64,000 nucleotides of DNA from Octopus vulgaris (Eukaryota), in contig OX597827.1 in NCBI GenBank assembly GCA_951406725.2, forward strand, positions 15,128,001-15,192,000, in the 5' to 3' direction. The translations under genes were made by a program, and so were the position numbers. Within the stretch, counting starts at the first letter, position 1. Each line of letters starts with the position of its first letter. Of the stretch, positions 62,836 through 64,000 are shown piece by piece. The notes beneath the pieces were generated by a model, which made no database searches, was not told where the DNA came from, and worked only from the letters and a program-made list of their open reading frames with translations.

Positions 62836-63376
62836 ATTATCATTATTATAACCTTATCGCATCAAGTCTGGTTGCTAACTGGTCAATAACTTGACCTTTC
62901 ATGTAAACAAGGTTGTGCTATGTCATAACAAACTTAGCAATCTGGTGATTCAGTTTCAAGTCTTGCTACAAAACCATCATCTCTCCTTCAAACACCATTT
63001 CACACACCTCCATATATCCACTATGTATGTATGTATATGCATGTGTTTGTATGCTTACATATGCATATATATATATATATACATACGCACTGGATCCAGT
63101 CAAATATGTATGTATGTATGTGTGCCTTTTCTGTGTTTAATCATTTAAATTCGTCCTCTGAAGAAGGGAGCTGGTTTCTAACAAAGCTACAAAGCTCAAT
63201 CTTTGGAATGTCGATAACAAAAACGATGTCATATTTTAAACCTGAGAAGAAAGTCTTCCTCGTCGACATCATCATCATTGGCTGCAGTAGTGGGGGGGGG
63301 GGGTGTCATCGTCATCAGTGAAGGTGTCATCATCATCATCATTATCACATATTCAAATCCAATGTACTTTTCAGTA

Positions 63377-63512
63377 AGGAAGGAAGGAAGGAAGGAAGGG
63401 GGAGAGAGAAAGAAAGAGAAAGAAAGAGAGAAAGAAAGAAAGAGGGAAAGAAACAAAGAGAGAAAGAAAGAGGGAAAGAAAGAAAGAGAGAGAGAAAGAA
63501 AGAGAGAAAGAA

Positions 63513-63560
<48 letters not shown>

Positions 63561-63619
63561 AGAAAGAAAGAGAGAAAGAGAGAGAAAAAGAAAGAGAAAG
63601 AGAAAGAAAAAGAGAGAAA

Positions 63620-63653
<34 letters not shown>

Positions 63654-63662
63654 GAGAAAGAG

Positions 63663-63697
<35 letters not shown>

Positions 63698-63742
63698 GAG
63701 AAAGAAAGAGAGAAAGAAAGAGAGAAAGAGAGAAAGAAAGAG

Positions 63743-63777
<35 letters not shown>
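63377..63777. repeat. (GAAA)/(GA) polypurine tract
   Basis: Direct reading. Confidence 0.95.
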
Positions 63778-64000
63778 GTTGAGTGGGATTTCAAGTTTTG
63801 ATTTATCATCTTGTTGAACCTGTTGAACAAGCTTCGCAAGGCTAAAAACGTGAAATCCAAGTCAAAACAATTTCACTCGACTCAATGCAAAGAGAGAGTC
63901 CCACCATCAATAAATGTTTTCTTTGTTTTCTACACTGTCTGATCAACTGTACCAGATAATATACAGATATATGTATATGTATATATGTATATGTATATGT

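Noticed and set aside
63140-63241. VWA-like exon LKYDIVFVIDIPK on the minus strand
   Set aside because: It has a good acceptor but no DxSxS MIDAS motif and only about 32 codons

Overview
Eukaryotic, AT-rich, repeat-saturated DNA. The SINE, LINE and microsatellite content is typical of a coleoid cephalopod, most likely Octopus; this is an inference from repeat content only. No intact, recognisable host gene is visible, and almost all ORFs in the track are microsatellite or SINE artefacts. The window holds about 30 tRNA-derived SINE copies built from shuffled head and tail modules, RTE and CR1/L2-type LINE fragments, and a decayed Helitron (Rep and PIF1) with four nested insertions, including a full-length decayed mariner. 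It also holds DD37D (maT) deletion derivatives, a fold-back mariner, and MITEs with TTAA, TA or 8-bp target duplications. The most interesting signal is a set of short non-coding elements, mostly inserted in (TA)n tracts. Several form long near-perfect palindromes (66-241 bp arms) with one overhanging arm, and several carry minimal type-I hammerhead ribozyme motifs with palindromic stem III, including recurrent non-canonical cores (CCGANGA, CUGUCGA). This matches the architecture of Penelope-like pseudo-LTRs or retrozymes; activity is untested. Weak evidence also points to spliced minus-strand transcription units (49.4 to 37.3 kb, with a phase-compatible open exon chain, and 26.7 to about 6.6 kb). 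All coordinates were read by eye; boundaries of degraded repeats are approximate.
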